NCBI GenBank assembly: GCA_000934665.2
Contig: JYFJ02003447.1
Span: 1 to 41,430 of the forward strand
Source of the DNA: Catajapyx aquilonaris
Taxonomy: Eukaryota
DNA length: 41,430 nucleotides
Direction of reading: 5' to 3'
How positions within the stretch are numbered: the stretch's first letter is position 1; every line of letters starts with the position of its first letter. Below are positions 11,145-24,400 of the stretch, piece after piece. Under the pieces are notes generated by a model. It saw nothing but the letters and a program-made list of their open reading frames with translations, was not told the DNA's origin and made no database searches. The position numbers and the translations under genes were made by a program.

Positions 11145-14100
11145 ATGCCCAAGTGCAAGGCCCGAACCCGGTTCATCCCGGCCACCTTCGCCTGGACACT
11201 CCTCGTCGGAACCACTGCGCTCTTCTTCTACTACCCGTTCGTCCCTTCTACTTCTTCTTTGCCAGTTGGGGGAAGGGGGATTTGTGTGTGTGTGTATACC
11301 CCGAAGAAGCGGTGCTCGGTTGTTACAAATACATCAGCAGACTGCGGAACAGTAGGTCGTGTACGGACACAGTGGTGCCGAACAGCAGATTGTTTGAAAG
11401 GCAGCTGTAGAACAGTACGGCACAGATCATGTTTGAACGCAGCTATGGTGCGGCACAAATAATTTAATGCAGGTGTAGTAAGGCACAAATCATTAAACGC
11501 AGCTCCTGTGTGGCACAAGTAATGTTTGAACGCAGCTCCTGTGTGGCACAAGTAATGTTGGAACGCAGCCCCAGTGCGGCACAAGTAATGTTTGAACGCA
11601 GCCCCAGTACGGCATGAGTAATGTTCACACGCAGGCATGGTACGGCACAAATAATTAAATGTAGCCATATGATGGCACAAATTACCGTATTGAATGCAGC
11701 CGTGGCCTGGCACAAATGAACGCAGCCGTGGTGTGGCACAAATGAACGCAGCCGTGGTGTGGCACAAATGAACACAGTCGTGGTGCGGCACATGTTTGAG
11801 CGTGACCATACAGCATTCGTTAAGCCTCGTTTACATGTGAGCGATTTGATCAGCGTCGCTGTAACAATCGACGTAACAATTCGCTTCAAACGATTGGTGT
11901 TGTTGCTGATCAAATCGCTTACAAGTAAACACGGCTTTACGTACGATTAGCGCTGTGCAGCACCGTTTCATGTATGAACACAGCCTGTGTAGCAGTCATA
12001 GAGTGCTGTGGCACAGCGGCAGCCATTTAGATCATAATGAAATTGGCACACCGTTTGCACACATGCGGTTGTACATCGCTAGCGTCCGACGAATGTTATG
12101 AAATAGGACGTAATATTCATGACGTACAGTCCGAGCGACAGTTGTGCATTAGTGTTCAGTGGGAGCCGCTTTGAGTACAAAATGATTTGTGGCCTTCAGT
12201 GGGCCGCTAGTTATTAATTTATTAATCAATGTATTTTATTTACCCTGTTTTCAGACTACCTTGAGGAGGACACTATTTTATTTATTAATTACCGTATGAG
12301 ACGAAATATAAGATGGACAGGCATGTAAGACGGACACCCGTTTCAGCAAACCATATTTGGGGGAAAAAAGTACTATATTTTCGCATATAAGACCCAGGGT
12401 GTTTTTTAAATCGATTTTTGGAGGGAGAAAAGTGCATCTTATATGCCGTAAAATACAGTAATTTAATTAACCCATTCTCATATGACCCTCAGTGCAATTC
12501 GAGATATTTAATTGCATTTTTTGTATTTCAGCGGCTTGGAAATTTGAGTGTCATTGTCCCCCGTTTGATCTGTTGTTTGTCCCTGAGTAGTACGTGGCCA
12601 TGACGACCTTAACCTCAGTGTTGTAATTCCTGTCCTCATTATGCTGTGCCATATGATTCGAGCCAGCTCAATCTTAGCGTATGACTCAGCGTCTCATATG
12701 ACAAAAGTTTGACCTGTTACGCATGTCGACTTGTATGCTCCGAAACTGATGGTTTCATCATTACATGTGATTACAGTATTTAACCAGTACTCGGTTATTA
12801 TTTTGTAAGTGTCCGTAGCCGACTTGCACATTCCGTCGGGCAGTGGCTGCTTCTATTTTTATGTATTTTATAGCGGCTGTATCACGCCCGGTGATTGACT
12901 GCAGCTTTTTAATCAGCTATAAAATGTAAAAATAGCCAATGACTGGCAGGCAAACACTTTCATCTCATGTTGCATGCTGGTGTCGATACGATTTTTTCCC
13001 CCCCCATTCTGAATAGCCCAGATCATGAGAAATATTGTGCCATATTTTAGCCGAGGTCCGAAACAGTTTTCGGGTATGTTAACATTACGCCAAGGTTTAT
13101 GGCAATTAAAAATAATATAATTTTATGATGGTCAGTTAATCATTTTGTAAGCAATGACTTGTTGCATTATTTATTTAAAAATTATTTACGAAAATTTAAT
13201 AAATTTAACAGGTCATTGCTTACAAAATTAAATAATATTTTGTAAGCAACGACTTGTTGCATTATTTATTAAAATTATTTGAGAACGAACGGTATCTTTT
13301 GGCGTCAAAATGATCCTTCTGGGAAAGTTCGGTCAAGGTTTTGTAATTAAAAGTTGTCTAATTTTAGGACCAATACTAAATCATTTAGTAAGAAATTGAC
13401 CTGTGGCCGCCATTTATTAAAATGTCTTGACACGAAAGGTTTCTTTTGCTTGAAAACGATGCTGTTGGGAACATTCAGTCGAGGTTTTGTGGCAATTAAA
13501 AATTGACCGTAATTAACTAATAATTTTGTAAGCAATGACTTGTTGCGTTAATTACAATTGACACGAACTGAAACCCGGTGTGAAAACGACACTTTTGGGA
13601 ACGTTAAGTTAAAAATTGTGTAATTTTCGGGTGGTAATTACCTAATTTTGTAACATCGCGTTATTTGTTGAAATGACGTGACACGACGAACGTTATTTTT
13701 TAAGATCCTTTTTCTTTGCAGGTGCCAGTGGTACTACACACAATACAAGCTATGGGTGCCAATTCTGCAGGGCGTGGTCACACTCTTTGTTCTCGCCAAC
13801 TTCACACTCGCCACCTTCATGGATCCAGGAATCATACCAAAGGGTGAGTATTGCACTGCAATCTCCGTCAGATAATCAGCCACCTATTGACCAACTGCTG
13901 TGGTTTCACAGCATCAGCAGACGAGGACAAAGAGGACGACTTCCGAGCTCCTTTGTACAAAAACGTGGAGATCAACGGCATAACGGTGCGGATGAAATGG
14001 TGCGTCACATGCCAGTTTTACAGACCACCGCGCTGTTCCCACTGCTCCGTGTGCAACAACTGCATCGAGACCTTCGACCACCACTGCCCTTGGGTCAACA

Positions 14101-17100
14101 ACTGCATCGGGAGGAGAAATTACCGATACTTCTTCATGTTCCTTCTGTCGCTTTCCGTGCACATGGTACGACTCGGTATTGTTGTACGTGATCCGTCGAT
14201 GCTAATCCGTCTGTTTCGCAGGTGAGCATATTCGGACTGTGCCTAGTGTACGTACTGCACCACAAAGAGTGGCTGACCCAGCTGCCGACGGTGATGGCCA
14301 TGGTCATCATGGGTATCATCACACTTCTGTTCATCCCGATCTTCGGACTGACAGGTTTCCATATGGTCCTGGTCTCAAGAGGACGGACTACGAATGAGCA
14401 GGTCACCGGGAAGTTCCGAGGTGGCTACAACCCATTCTCGAGAGGCTGCTGTAAAAACTGTTGTCACACGTTGTGTGGACCGCAGTTTCCGAGGTGAGCC
14501 GATGTCCTTATCGTTAGAGTTGAACAGCGTACCGAGGGTGCCGACTGTACCGTTGTTTTCGTTTCAAGTCTGGTGAAGCCTAGTCGCTACATTGGTAAGA
14601 AGCCTAAGCAGTACAACTTCCCAGTGAGCCCACCGGTTCTGTCGTCAGTTGGTGTGGACAACCAGGTTAAAATATACATGGACAACAGCAACGGAGTCAG
14701 AAGCATTCCAGTGGGTAGTGGGGGCGGAGTGACGGGAGGGGGAACAGGAGGGGCAGGACACAACAATGCCTACAACAAGGTGAGGCATAAGGAGCACAGG
14801 GGAAGGCACGACCCGAACAAACCTAGGCACGACCCGAACCACAAACCTGGGCACCACGAACCCGAGCACAACCCAAACCACAATCCCGGGCACCACGAAC
14901 CCGAGCACAACCCAAACCACAATCCCGGCCACAAAACCCACCATCACCAAAAATCATTACCCGTATGAAACCTCAACCCGACGAATATATTTTTTTTATA
15001 CGCATTTTTACAATCCCTGTCGGTGTTTTTAACACACCTAGTTTATACTTAGTAGCATTTTTGATAATCCAAACACTTTTCCTTGACCGTTGCCTGTAGT
15101 GTCTTCTGTAGTCTGCACCCGAATAAGGACCAGAGTGTTACGAGTGCACCTTGTCAGAACTTTACATTCACTTTTTCCCCCCGTCCTCAACTCTTGTGCA
15201 TGCCTCTCTAATCTTACCGACGGACTTTTCACCGCACCTTTTTTATAAAAAAAATATATACTGCAACGGCGACACTGGACTGCCTTTTCCAAAAAGTAAT
15301 CACTGCCTTTTGTATTCAGGTAAGACAAGTGAAGTTTTTTAATTTCCTTTTTTTTAAATATAATTATGTTGCTTTGTTGCTTATTTTGCAAGTGTATGTC
15401 TTGGGGTCGAAGCCGGAATTTTTAATATCATAATTTTTTTTTTGACGTAAAAGGTTGGATCTGAATTTTTTTAATCATAATTTATTTGAACGTAACCAGT
15501 AATTTTTCCGAAGTCGAACGTAACATGTCGCATATGGATATTTTTGAAATAATAATTTTTGACAAATCGAACGTAATATTGTGTCACCCCAAGACTTGTA
15601 AGCCGATCTATGTTCGATTAAGCATAGAAATATTTCTCTTACCTGAGCAAGTTGGGCAGCCGTCATGCATGATGTGTTTCACAAATTAATTGTTTCTTCT
15701 CTTTGCAACCTTGTAACGTTTTCTTCTTGAGCGTAGATATAGCTTTAGTTAATTCGTTGTAACATACTGTTTTCTGTGTGACGAAATGTGACGAAGAGTC
15801 GACAGGTAAAATTTGCTGCTGCTTTTTGTTAATTGATCCGTGCCGTTGAAATCAGCTGGTTCCAGACGATCGATGCTTAACATCTGTCTCCTTGAAGATG
15901 TCCGCAAGCCCAAGCCAAGAGGCGTCGTCCGAGGCGGAGATGGAGCTGACCACAGCCTCGCAATCGCAGGACTGTGAGCCAACTCCACCGTTACAGCGGC
16001 AGGGCAGCAAGACCAACTTCTTCGAGGACGGGGCAATCCAGCCGGGACCTCCTCCGACTGGAACTGGAGTCGGACCCAGGATGCCCCTGGTGTCAAGGGT
16101 GGGCACGAATGGGCCTCACCCACAGCAGATGTACACGCACGTACATCCGCATATGTACGGACACTACCCTTACAGCCACGTGTACCATCCACAAGGCGGG
16201 ATGGTGATGGTGGGGCAAGGGGATTCGCCGCACAAGAGCGGTGCAGCCAGGGGCAATTACGCTAGAGGATCGCCCCATCCGAGGCCAAGGTAGGTACTGG
16301 CGGTATCACCCGAAGTGCAACTTTAACACCGATTGTTCGCAGGGGCGGGGCTGGGACAGGCGAGAGCGGCCTACGATCTCGCAGCCATACTCCGGATCCG
16401 CTAAGTCCTGATCAGGTGCCATCAAGTGTGGCTCAGCCTACATCGATGGGGTACCATCCGCTAGTACATGTGGCGCACCCTGGAGGCGCCCATCCGCTCT
16501 ACTCGACTGCGCCGCAACCGATGTACATGTACCAGGCGGCACCGCAACCACTTCCGAGCCCCACTTTGCAACAGCGCATGAGGGCTATCGGGGTGCCCAC
16601 ACCCTTAGCGGTGTCCTCACCAGTCAGGCGGTCGTCCAACCCGCCCACACCCACACAGCCGCCGCACCACCTGCCATTAGGCGGCCAACCCCAACCACAC
16701 CCGCAGTACGTGGTGCAACAGCAGGCGGCACACCACCCGCACCACTACCACCACCACAGGCATCATTACTACGAGTTTCCAACAACAGACGGAGGACCCA
16801 GTCCTGTCAGTGGTGTCATGCCCATGAGCCTCAGCCCCCAGAGGAGGTTCATGTCCGAGAGCGAGTTGCCGAGACAGGTACGGGAATCGGGCAGAAATGT
16901 ACGGCTTATTAAAAGTATTATGCGCTTCGTGCCAAAAGCGATTTCGAGTATTTCGAGCCACCTCCAAAAGTTTCGGGTTAATTTTTTACAGCCGAAGTTT
17001 AACAAATTGTGTGCAATGACGTACAATGCTTGATTTGTTACAGGGTGAACCGTTGTCTCGATGTGCATGGCCGCCACCGACAGCGGACAACATCCGCGAG

Positions 17101-17490
17101 CTGGCGTCCTCCCCGCAGCGGTCGTTATATTCATGGAAGGACGGCCCGGTGACATCCTCAGGGTCTGACTACCACAGATCCAATCCAAGCAGCCCCACAC
17201 AAGCGTCGGACGTCGGGTATGCGGTGACCTCCTCCGCATCCGCAGTCGGGTTGGACGGCGTAGGAAGAAACATGGGGGGTGCGCCTGGGTCGCCCCCGCC
17301 AGTTGTGAAGGGCATACCGTCGAGGAGGCCAATGTCGTTTGTGCGTGCCCTCGAGATGTCGGACTCGATAGAGCTGGGTGGGGTCAGATCTCCTCCGAGG
17401 TCAGGAGCCCCAGGTCAGGTGGCATACCACCACGAGGAGGTCCCAGATCGCACCTCTCTGTACGACGGGAACTATGAAATATCGGTCTGA
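11145..17490 (+). CDS. Zdhhc8: DHHC palmitoyltransferase, ZDHHC5/8 family
   Basis: Coding exons 11145-11236, 13722-13843, 13912-14165, 14222-14493, 14569-14779, 15898-16289, 16343-16877, 17044-17490; all GT-AG and frame-consistent. DPG motif, [51 protein letters not shown] motif, [12 protein letters not shown], and the C-terminal PDZ ligand YEISV characteristic of ZDHHC5/8. Confidence 0.95.
11370..11800. repeat. Minisatellite in ZDHHC8 intron 1 (33-bp units grading to ~27-bp units)
   Basis: Units such as aacgcagctcctgtgtggcacaagtaatgtttg and aacgcagccgtggtgtggcacaaatg. Confidence 0.85.
12292..12458. mobile_element. Tc1/mariner-pogo-type MITE in ZDHHC8 intron 1
   Basis: Imperfect ~24-bp TIRs (ccgtatgagacgaaatataagatg vs reverse complement of right end ctgtattttacggcatataagatg), flanked by TA at 12290-12291 and 12459-12460. 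Confidence 0.7.
13140..13550. repeat. Degenerate direct and inverted repeats (ttttgtaagcaatgacttgttgc) in ZDHHC8 intron 1
   Basis: Direct copies at ~13143, ~13237 and ~13524; inverted copy gtcattgcttacaaaa at ~13212. Confidence 0.6.
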
Positions 17491-19104
17491 CCCTACCAGT
17501 ACCCTCCCCAACACCCGTATCCTTACCCTGGGTTCCCTCCGCCCTCTCCGCCCCTAACCCCACCTCCGCCCCCGCCACCACCTCCGCCCCAGTACTACCA
17601 GTACTACTACACATTCGCAAACACACCACGCCAACCATTTTAAAAAAGTGCGGACCGGGGAGGGTTGGATCAATAAGGGTTCGAGACTGATTATAACTAT
17701 TTATGTTCGCAACTAACTAAGCGGCAACTACTAACAAGACGGCATCGACTAACATCTAATGGAATAATTTTTGTAAAAGCAGTGTACCAAAAAGTGCTCG
17801 GATGTCGGGACTAACAAAAGTGATGTTTCTTTTTTTTCCCCCCCCGGTGCTGACACTGTTGTGAAAGAAAAACAACCTCTCTTATAAATGCCAGGTGGTA
17901 GCTAAAATAACGACACAGAATCGGGCACAAGACGGCGATACTTATTTATTTAAAAAGAGAATGATACTATTGGGTCACCGCAGTGCCAACTCTGCCATTT
18001 TATCAAAAACGCTCCGAGTGTGGCAAGGTTTTTCCGAGACACCCACCCTCAAGAGCTGCCATAATTTTTTTTTTAATTATTGTAAAAAAATATATATAGG
18101 GTCCAACCCTCTGTGTGGAACTTCCCAAGCCTTGAGACAATGCTCAAGAAATTTTTTCGCAATTGCAAAAAAAAAAAAACGGCTGCGACAAAACGCAGTT
18201 ATTATGAGAAAAAAAAAACATTTAAAAAAAAGGCATGTATGTGAACGTGTATGTGTTGTCAACTCTGTACATAACATTTTTTGGAGAGCGAAGCGAAACT
18301 GGGGGGGGGGGAAGCGTGACATACACAGGCTTCCTATCTATCTCTTTACCTAGCATTTAACATATGTGAATATATGTGGACATAACAATGTGTATTTATT
18401 TCCTGACAATGAGTAACAATTGCATGTGTATATATGACGAGTTTTTTTGCCTGTTTTTTTTTTTTTTTTCACCTTCCATCGAGCACTTAACGATGCCCCA
18501 TTTGGTGTATGAAAAGTGTGTGTGAGCCAAACCCCCTGGGCCCTCCCACTCTTAATAAATCCCCCCTCCAAAAAAAAATATGTGGGCCAAAATATAAATA
18601 AATATTTAAAAAAAAGTTTTCCCATTTAAAAAAGGGGCGGGGTTATTTAAAAAAAATAAAAATCAGGAGAGCTTTAACGAATAACAGAGCGAAACGAGCA
18701 ACATGAAACTTATTTACAAATTTGTCTCGGTTTTAAAACTAATAAACCTCTACAGTGTTTGAAATCCGTGATGTTTTTTTAAAAAAAGGTGTTTTGATTA
18801 ATTTATTGACTTGATAACCCCCCATCTAATTGAACTGACAGGTTATTAAAATTGTTTCACGACAAGTGATTTTTTAAATGGTGTGTTTTGATTATTACGT
18901 AATTTTTTTAAATCCACAGGTCTTGTTAATTATCTTGATGTTTTTAATTTCATCTAGGTGCATTTGGTCAATGTGATATTATTAATAATAATGCTGTTGG
19001 AACCGCGGCACTTGGATGGAATCTCATTAAATTCCGACAAATCCACACCAGTCCATGGCAATCTCAACAAATCCGGTGACGGCTGTGGAAATGATAGCAA
19101 AAGA

Positions 19105-21010
19105 GTCCAACGAACGTCATTGTGGCTTTGCCATGGAGAGAATTACCATATGTTTGTGGCTTGCTGGTCAACGAACGTTATTGTAGCCTTGCCACGGTGA
19201 AGATTGTCCTTGTGACTTTGCTACGGGGAGAGTTTGTGGCGTCTCAGGCCAACGAACGTTATTGTGGCCTTGCCATGCCATGATGCATAGTCACCTGCCT
19301 GTCTCCCATTGCTTAGTAGACATATTCCTTTACAACACAACGAAGTGGCGATGCAGGTGACGCCCCAGTGTATCTTGCCGTGGCTGAGCCACAATAACGT
19401 TCGTCGGCTTCATGCCTCCCCGCGGAAATAACAGCTATTCGATCTCAATCACTGCTATTTGCATCACTTCCAGCCCCTACGCTCCATCCGATCCTCCCTC
19501 TCCCCCACTTTTGACAGTGGCTTGCCATGGCAAAGCCGCAATGACGTTCATTGGCCTGTGGCGCCGCAAAATTCACAATCGCTGTGTCAAAGCCACAATA
19601 GCGTTCCTAGGCCTGCGGAGTCACAGACGTTCGGAAATTTTCGCCGTGGCAAAACCACAATAACGTTCGTTGGCCTCTTACTTCGACCTTACCTGAGCCG
19701 CATGAAAATGATGGCTTTTGAACTACATCACTATTTCCAACCCCTCCCGCTACTATGCTCCATGCCCCTCCTTTCCCCTCCTCTTTCTTCGACAGTGGTT
19801 CGTCACCATGGCAAAAGCCACAATAACGTTCGTTGGCCTCCTAATCTTGACAGTACCTCCCCGTGGAAGTAGCTATTTGAACTCAATCCCTCCATCTGCT
19901 ATGCTCCATCCGAACCCCTCCCCCTCACTTGGTCAGTGGCTCGCCTTGGCAAAGCCACAATAACCTTCGTTGGCCGCGTAATTCACAAAATAACGTTCAG
20001 GTAATTCTCGACGTGGTAGTCATGCCCAATGATGTTCGGCGCAATAATAAATTCTTGCTATGGCAAGGCCACAATAACGTTAGTTGCCCTGTGGCGCCAC
20101 AAAATGTATATGGCAATTCTCGTCGTGGCAAAGCCACAATAACGTTCGTTGGTCTGCGGCGCCACAAAACGGACGGTAATTCTCTCCGCGGCAAAGCCAC
20201 AATAATAACGTTCGTTGACCTGCAAGCTACAGAACTTACATTCACCTCTCGCCGTGGCAAAGCCACAATAACGTTATTTGTTGACCCATGGGCCATGGCG
20301 CCACAAAACGTACGGTAATGTTCGGGGGTGTCGAACCTCCAATAACGTTCGCTGGCCGCTGTGTCGCCACAAAACGTACAGCCTAGGTACAGCAAATCTC
20401 GTGGCAAGGCCACAATAACGTTCGTTGACCATCTGCGGGGCCACAACACGTACTTGCAGATCTCGTGGCAAGGCCACAATAACGTTAGTTGGCGTAGTGT
20501 GTCGTCACAAAACGTACAACTAATCTCGTGGCAAAGCCACAATAACGTTCGTTGACCAGCTGCTGGGCCACACAACGTGCAGTAATTCTCGCCGTTGGCA
20601 AGGCCACAATGACGTTCGTTGGCGTGTGTCGCCACAGTAACGTTCTTGCAAATCTAGTGTCAAAGCCACAACAACGTTCGTCGGCGTGTGTCGCCACAGT
20701 AACGTTCTTGCAGATCTAGTGTCAAAGCCACAATAACGTTCGTTGGCGTGTGTCGCCACAGTAACGTTCTTGGAAATCTAGTGTCAAAGCCACAATAACG
20801 TTCGTTGGCGTGTGTCGCCACAGTAACGTTCTAGCAAATCTAGTGTCAAAGCCACACTAACGTTCGTTGGCGTGTGTCGCCACAGTAACGTTCTTGCAGA
20901 TCTAGTCTCAAATCCACAATAACGTTCGTTGGCGTGTGTCGCCACAGTAGCGTTCTTGCAGATCTAGTGTCAAAGCCACAACAACGTTCGTTGGCGTGTG
21001 TCGCCACAGG
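19105..21010. repeat. Head-to-head (foldback-like) satellite array with conserved core GGCAAAGCCACAATAACGTTCGTTGGC
   Basis: Three reverse-oriented cores at ~19107-19277; a centre with inverted gtcacctgc (19290-19298) / gcaggtgac (19353-19361); then about 21 forward cores. Units are ~140-160 bp or ~60-70 bp at the left and six near-identical 62-bp units at ~20620-21009. Confidence 0.9.
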
Positions 21011-21479
21011 CTATACACCTCCCTGTTAAAAGAACAGCTATTTTGGAACGCTGAATCGGCTGCTATTTTCCCCAGCTGCTTCGCTTAATCCGCGCCCCCC
21101 CTCCACTCGAGAGTGGCTCCGACTAGGGGCAGAGCCCCTGAACTTTCCTTCGCTGGTTGTGCCCCACCTCCTCCTCCTCCTCCTCCACACGGGATCCTTC
21201 CTTCCTTCCTTCCCCTGGAGATCCCCCCCTCCCCTTTTGCTCGGTGCTCCGCCTGTAGTAGTCAGTCCGCGGATTGATTGCCGTGGGTGCGGCGGGCGGG
21301 AGACCCTCTCTCGGCCTTTCCTGCCCCCGCAGCCCGCCCCTTGCGCTGTGCTGCTTGTGGAACAACAAGAAGGATCTCTCTCTCTACTAGGCATGCCTCC
21401 TCATCCCTAGTGGAACATCCAAGTGTGATCAAGTGCGAGGCTGCCCCCAAGAGAGTGAGCGAGAGAGAGAGAGGCCACC

Positions 21480-24400
21480 ATGGCCGACCTGGAGGCAGTG
21501 CTGGCCGATGTCAGCTACCTGATGGCCATGGAGAAGAGCAAGTGCACCCCTGCAGCCAGGGCCAGCAAGAAGATCGTGCTGCCAGACCCCAGGTGAGCCC
21601 GACCCTGCCCTACTCTCCCTCCATGCCGCAACACCTGCAAATCCCCCACCAGCTACTAGGATTAGAAGGTTCACCCCCAGCCCTGGTTCAGCTTGCCAAC
21701 ACCGGTACACAGGTGTTTGGACAGGTACGCTTGTGCACAAGGAAGCGTTAAACCGAATTAGTCAGGCCGGAGAGGGCAAGTTGGTCGGACCTGTGCTGCT
21801 GACGGAAACTGATCAAAAAACAGTGCACGTAATATGCATCTATAAAACGTAAAGGTTGTCCGTTTCGTACCCATTCCAACCCCACATTCCTGTTTCATAC
21901 CTATTTCGTACCTGTTTTGTGCCCAATTTGTAATCATTTCCTGCCCATTTTCATATCCATTTTGTGCCCATATCATGCCCGCTTTATACCTGTTTTGTAC
22001 CCATATCATGTCCATTTCTTACCTGTTTTGTACCTACTTTGTTCCCATTTCGTACCAATGTCGTACCCATTAAGTGCCCGTATGCCCATGTCATGGCCAT
22101 TTCGTACCTATTTTGTTCCTGATTTGTACCAATTTCATGCCAATATTGTGCCCATTTTGTACCTGTTTCGTTCTCATTTCGTACCCGTTTTGCACCTATT
22201 TTGTTCCCATTTCGTACCGATTTCATGCCCATATCATGCCCGTTTTGTACCTGTTTCGTACCTATTTTGTACCACTTGCTTCATGCCCATTTCATGCCCG
22301 TTTCGTTCCTGGTTTGTTCCCCTTTCGTACCTATGTCGTACCCATATGCCCATATGGCAATTTCTTAACTGTTTCGTACCTGTTTTGTTCCCATTTCGTA
22401 CCAATTTCATGCCCATTTCGCACCTGTTTCATGCCCATTTTGTGCCCGTTTCATACCAATTTTTGTTCCCATTTCGTATCCAATTCGTACCAATTTCATC
22501 CATTTTATAACCAATTTCATGCCCATTTAGCACCTCTTTTGGCCCCCCATTTTTGTTCCCTTTTCATATCCAATTCGTACCTGTTTCGTACCAATTATTG
22601 TGCCGGTTTATGACTGTAGGTGAAGTATGTTTGTTGGTCCAGGTTTGGTTAACATGGCCACATGTTACCATGGTGTCAGCTAATGATTTATGGCTGATGA
22701 CTTGTTTGGTTGTCCGGTACATACCCATTTCGATAACCCATTTTGTGCCCATATCATGCCCATTGGTTTATTAATGTCAGGCAAAGGTTGTCCACTTGTT
22801 GTCGTATGGCATGGGTTATGATGATGATAATATTTTCGGCAGTTGCCCAAACACCCTTGTGACTCGGGAATATTTTCTGCGGCAGTACTCTGCTTAAATT
22901 TCTACTGTGTGACCTATATTCATTGACGCTTTATGCTTCAAGCAAACGTGACCATTGAGACTGGCTCTTACCCACTTGTGACACATTGTCAGTCTCCAAT
23001 GAGTCCACTGAAACATCGTGGCCATCTCGGCTTTGATGCGGACATCAATGTGCATGAATCCAGAGAACATTGCAACGTAAACGCTGCAGTGATACGTGGA
23101 GTACGCCCGTGTACGACCTGGTACGGATGCAAAGTTACGCTGGTCAATTCCCTCTTTATCAAGTATGCCAATAGTGCAAGATTATCACCCGCACACTTCC
23201 TCGTGCTAGAGTGTCCGTGATAATACATGTCTATAGTTGGAGATGTCGCAGTTTGACGAGATGTCATATCAAGCTGGAGGAAAATATTGACTCGAGCAGT
23301 TGCATTTATTTTCTTAGAAGTGTTTGCAAGCGCAGAGGAAACGGCAAAACACAGATAGGTCGGAAGTGATATCAAGAAATATCAGAACCACTTCCGAGCA
23401 TATCCTTTATTTTTTAGTCGCACTCTGAGTGTCACGTGTCGTACCGTAAAAACATGACGGAAAAAGCACTGGCAACATGTCTTGTTTCAATGTTGTGCCG
23501 TGACACTCGCTTTTCAAAAATGATAGTGCTTCTTCACGTCTATTTTGAGCGGAGAACAAATTCCGTGACAGTAATTTTGATGGCCAAAATAGTGGGAGTC
23601 AATATTTGCACAGCGGAGTCAATAATGCCATGGCGGGGAGGCTGCAATCACGTGTTGAGCGGTTAAATATTTAATGTGGTAAAACATCTGCTAAGCCGGA
23701 TCCGTGTTGTTGCGGCCGTTTACAAACCTGGAAAAAGATATGGAGGGAAAATAATGCCTGCATAATTATAATCCACATTATATCGAATCGTGAAAGTTCA
23801 ATTGCTTGTGCTTGCGTTTTTTTACAATTATCCTAACAATTATTGGATCAGCAGTGGGGGGGGGGGGGGGGGGGGGTCNGGGGTCTAATGGACCAAAACA
23901 ATGAGTACTGTAGTGCTTTGACCTTTGACTTTTCCTATAATGTCACGTAACAGGTGCTGGCAAGAGCATGCGGCATTAGCCATGAAGTAATTGCAGCACA
24001 GCGGTGTTGTATGTGGCTTATTAATTTTTCTAATAGATTTTTATTAAACAATTGCAGTAATTTTTTGTCCTGTTATTATTGGAGTAATTTGGTTGCATTG
24101 ATTTATTGTTTATTCGGTGAAATACATAAATATGGCTTACGCAGTGAAATATATGTAAATAAATAAATATTGTTTACCTGGTTTGTTTTCCGAGCTCTAA
24201 AACTTATTACCATGTATTTTATTAGATTAAATGCTACCAATAAAAATTAAGCCTTCGAATGTCAGGTTAAGAATATTATATTGAGAACTACTTAGCTAAT
24301 CAACGACTACTACATGCTAATAATGTGTGCCTCATTTATTTCTTAATTAGCGTGCGGAGTGTGATGCACAAGCATTTAGAGAAGATGGGTGAGGTGAATT

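Noticed and set aside
11231..11913. Repetitive minus-strand ORFs (192 and 149 aa)
   Set aside because: Translations of the intronic 33-bp minisatellite
19412..20759. Multiple overlapping ORFs with repeated KATITFVG / TNVIVALP
   Set aside because: By-products of the satellite core; frames shift between units
19380..21010. CRISPR array (27-30 bp repeat with ~35 bp spacers)
   Set aside because: Spacers are related to each other and to the repeat, the last six units are near-identical, orientation flips, no cas genes are present, and the context is a spliced animal genome
20620..21010. CENP-B box in the satellite core (TTCGTTGG)
   Set aside because: Only the 5' part matches; the downstream A and CGGG positions of the canonical box are absent
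21917..22613. Cys/Pro/Phe-rich ORFs (197 and 179 aa)
   Set aside because: Translations of the 11-bp satellite in GRK intron 1
23856..23883. Long poly-G tract as a G-quadruplex element (also ~6496-6513 and ~40356-40375)
   Set aside because: Each tract contains or abuts an N, consistent with contig ends or sequencing artefact, so true length and sequence are unknown
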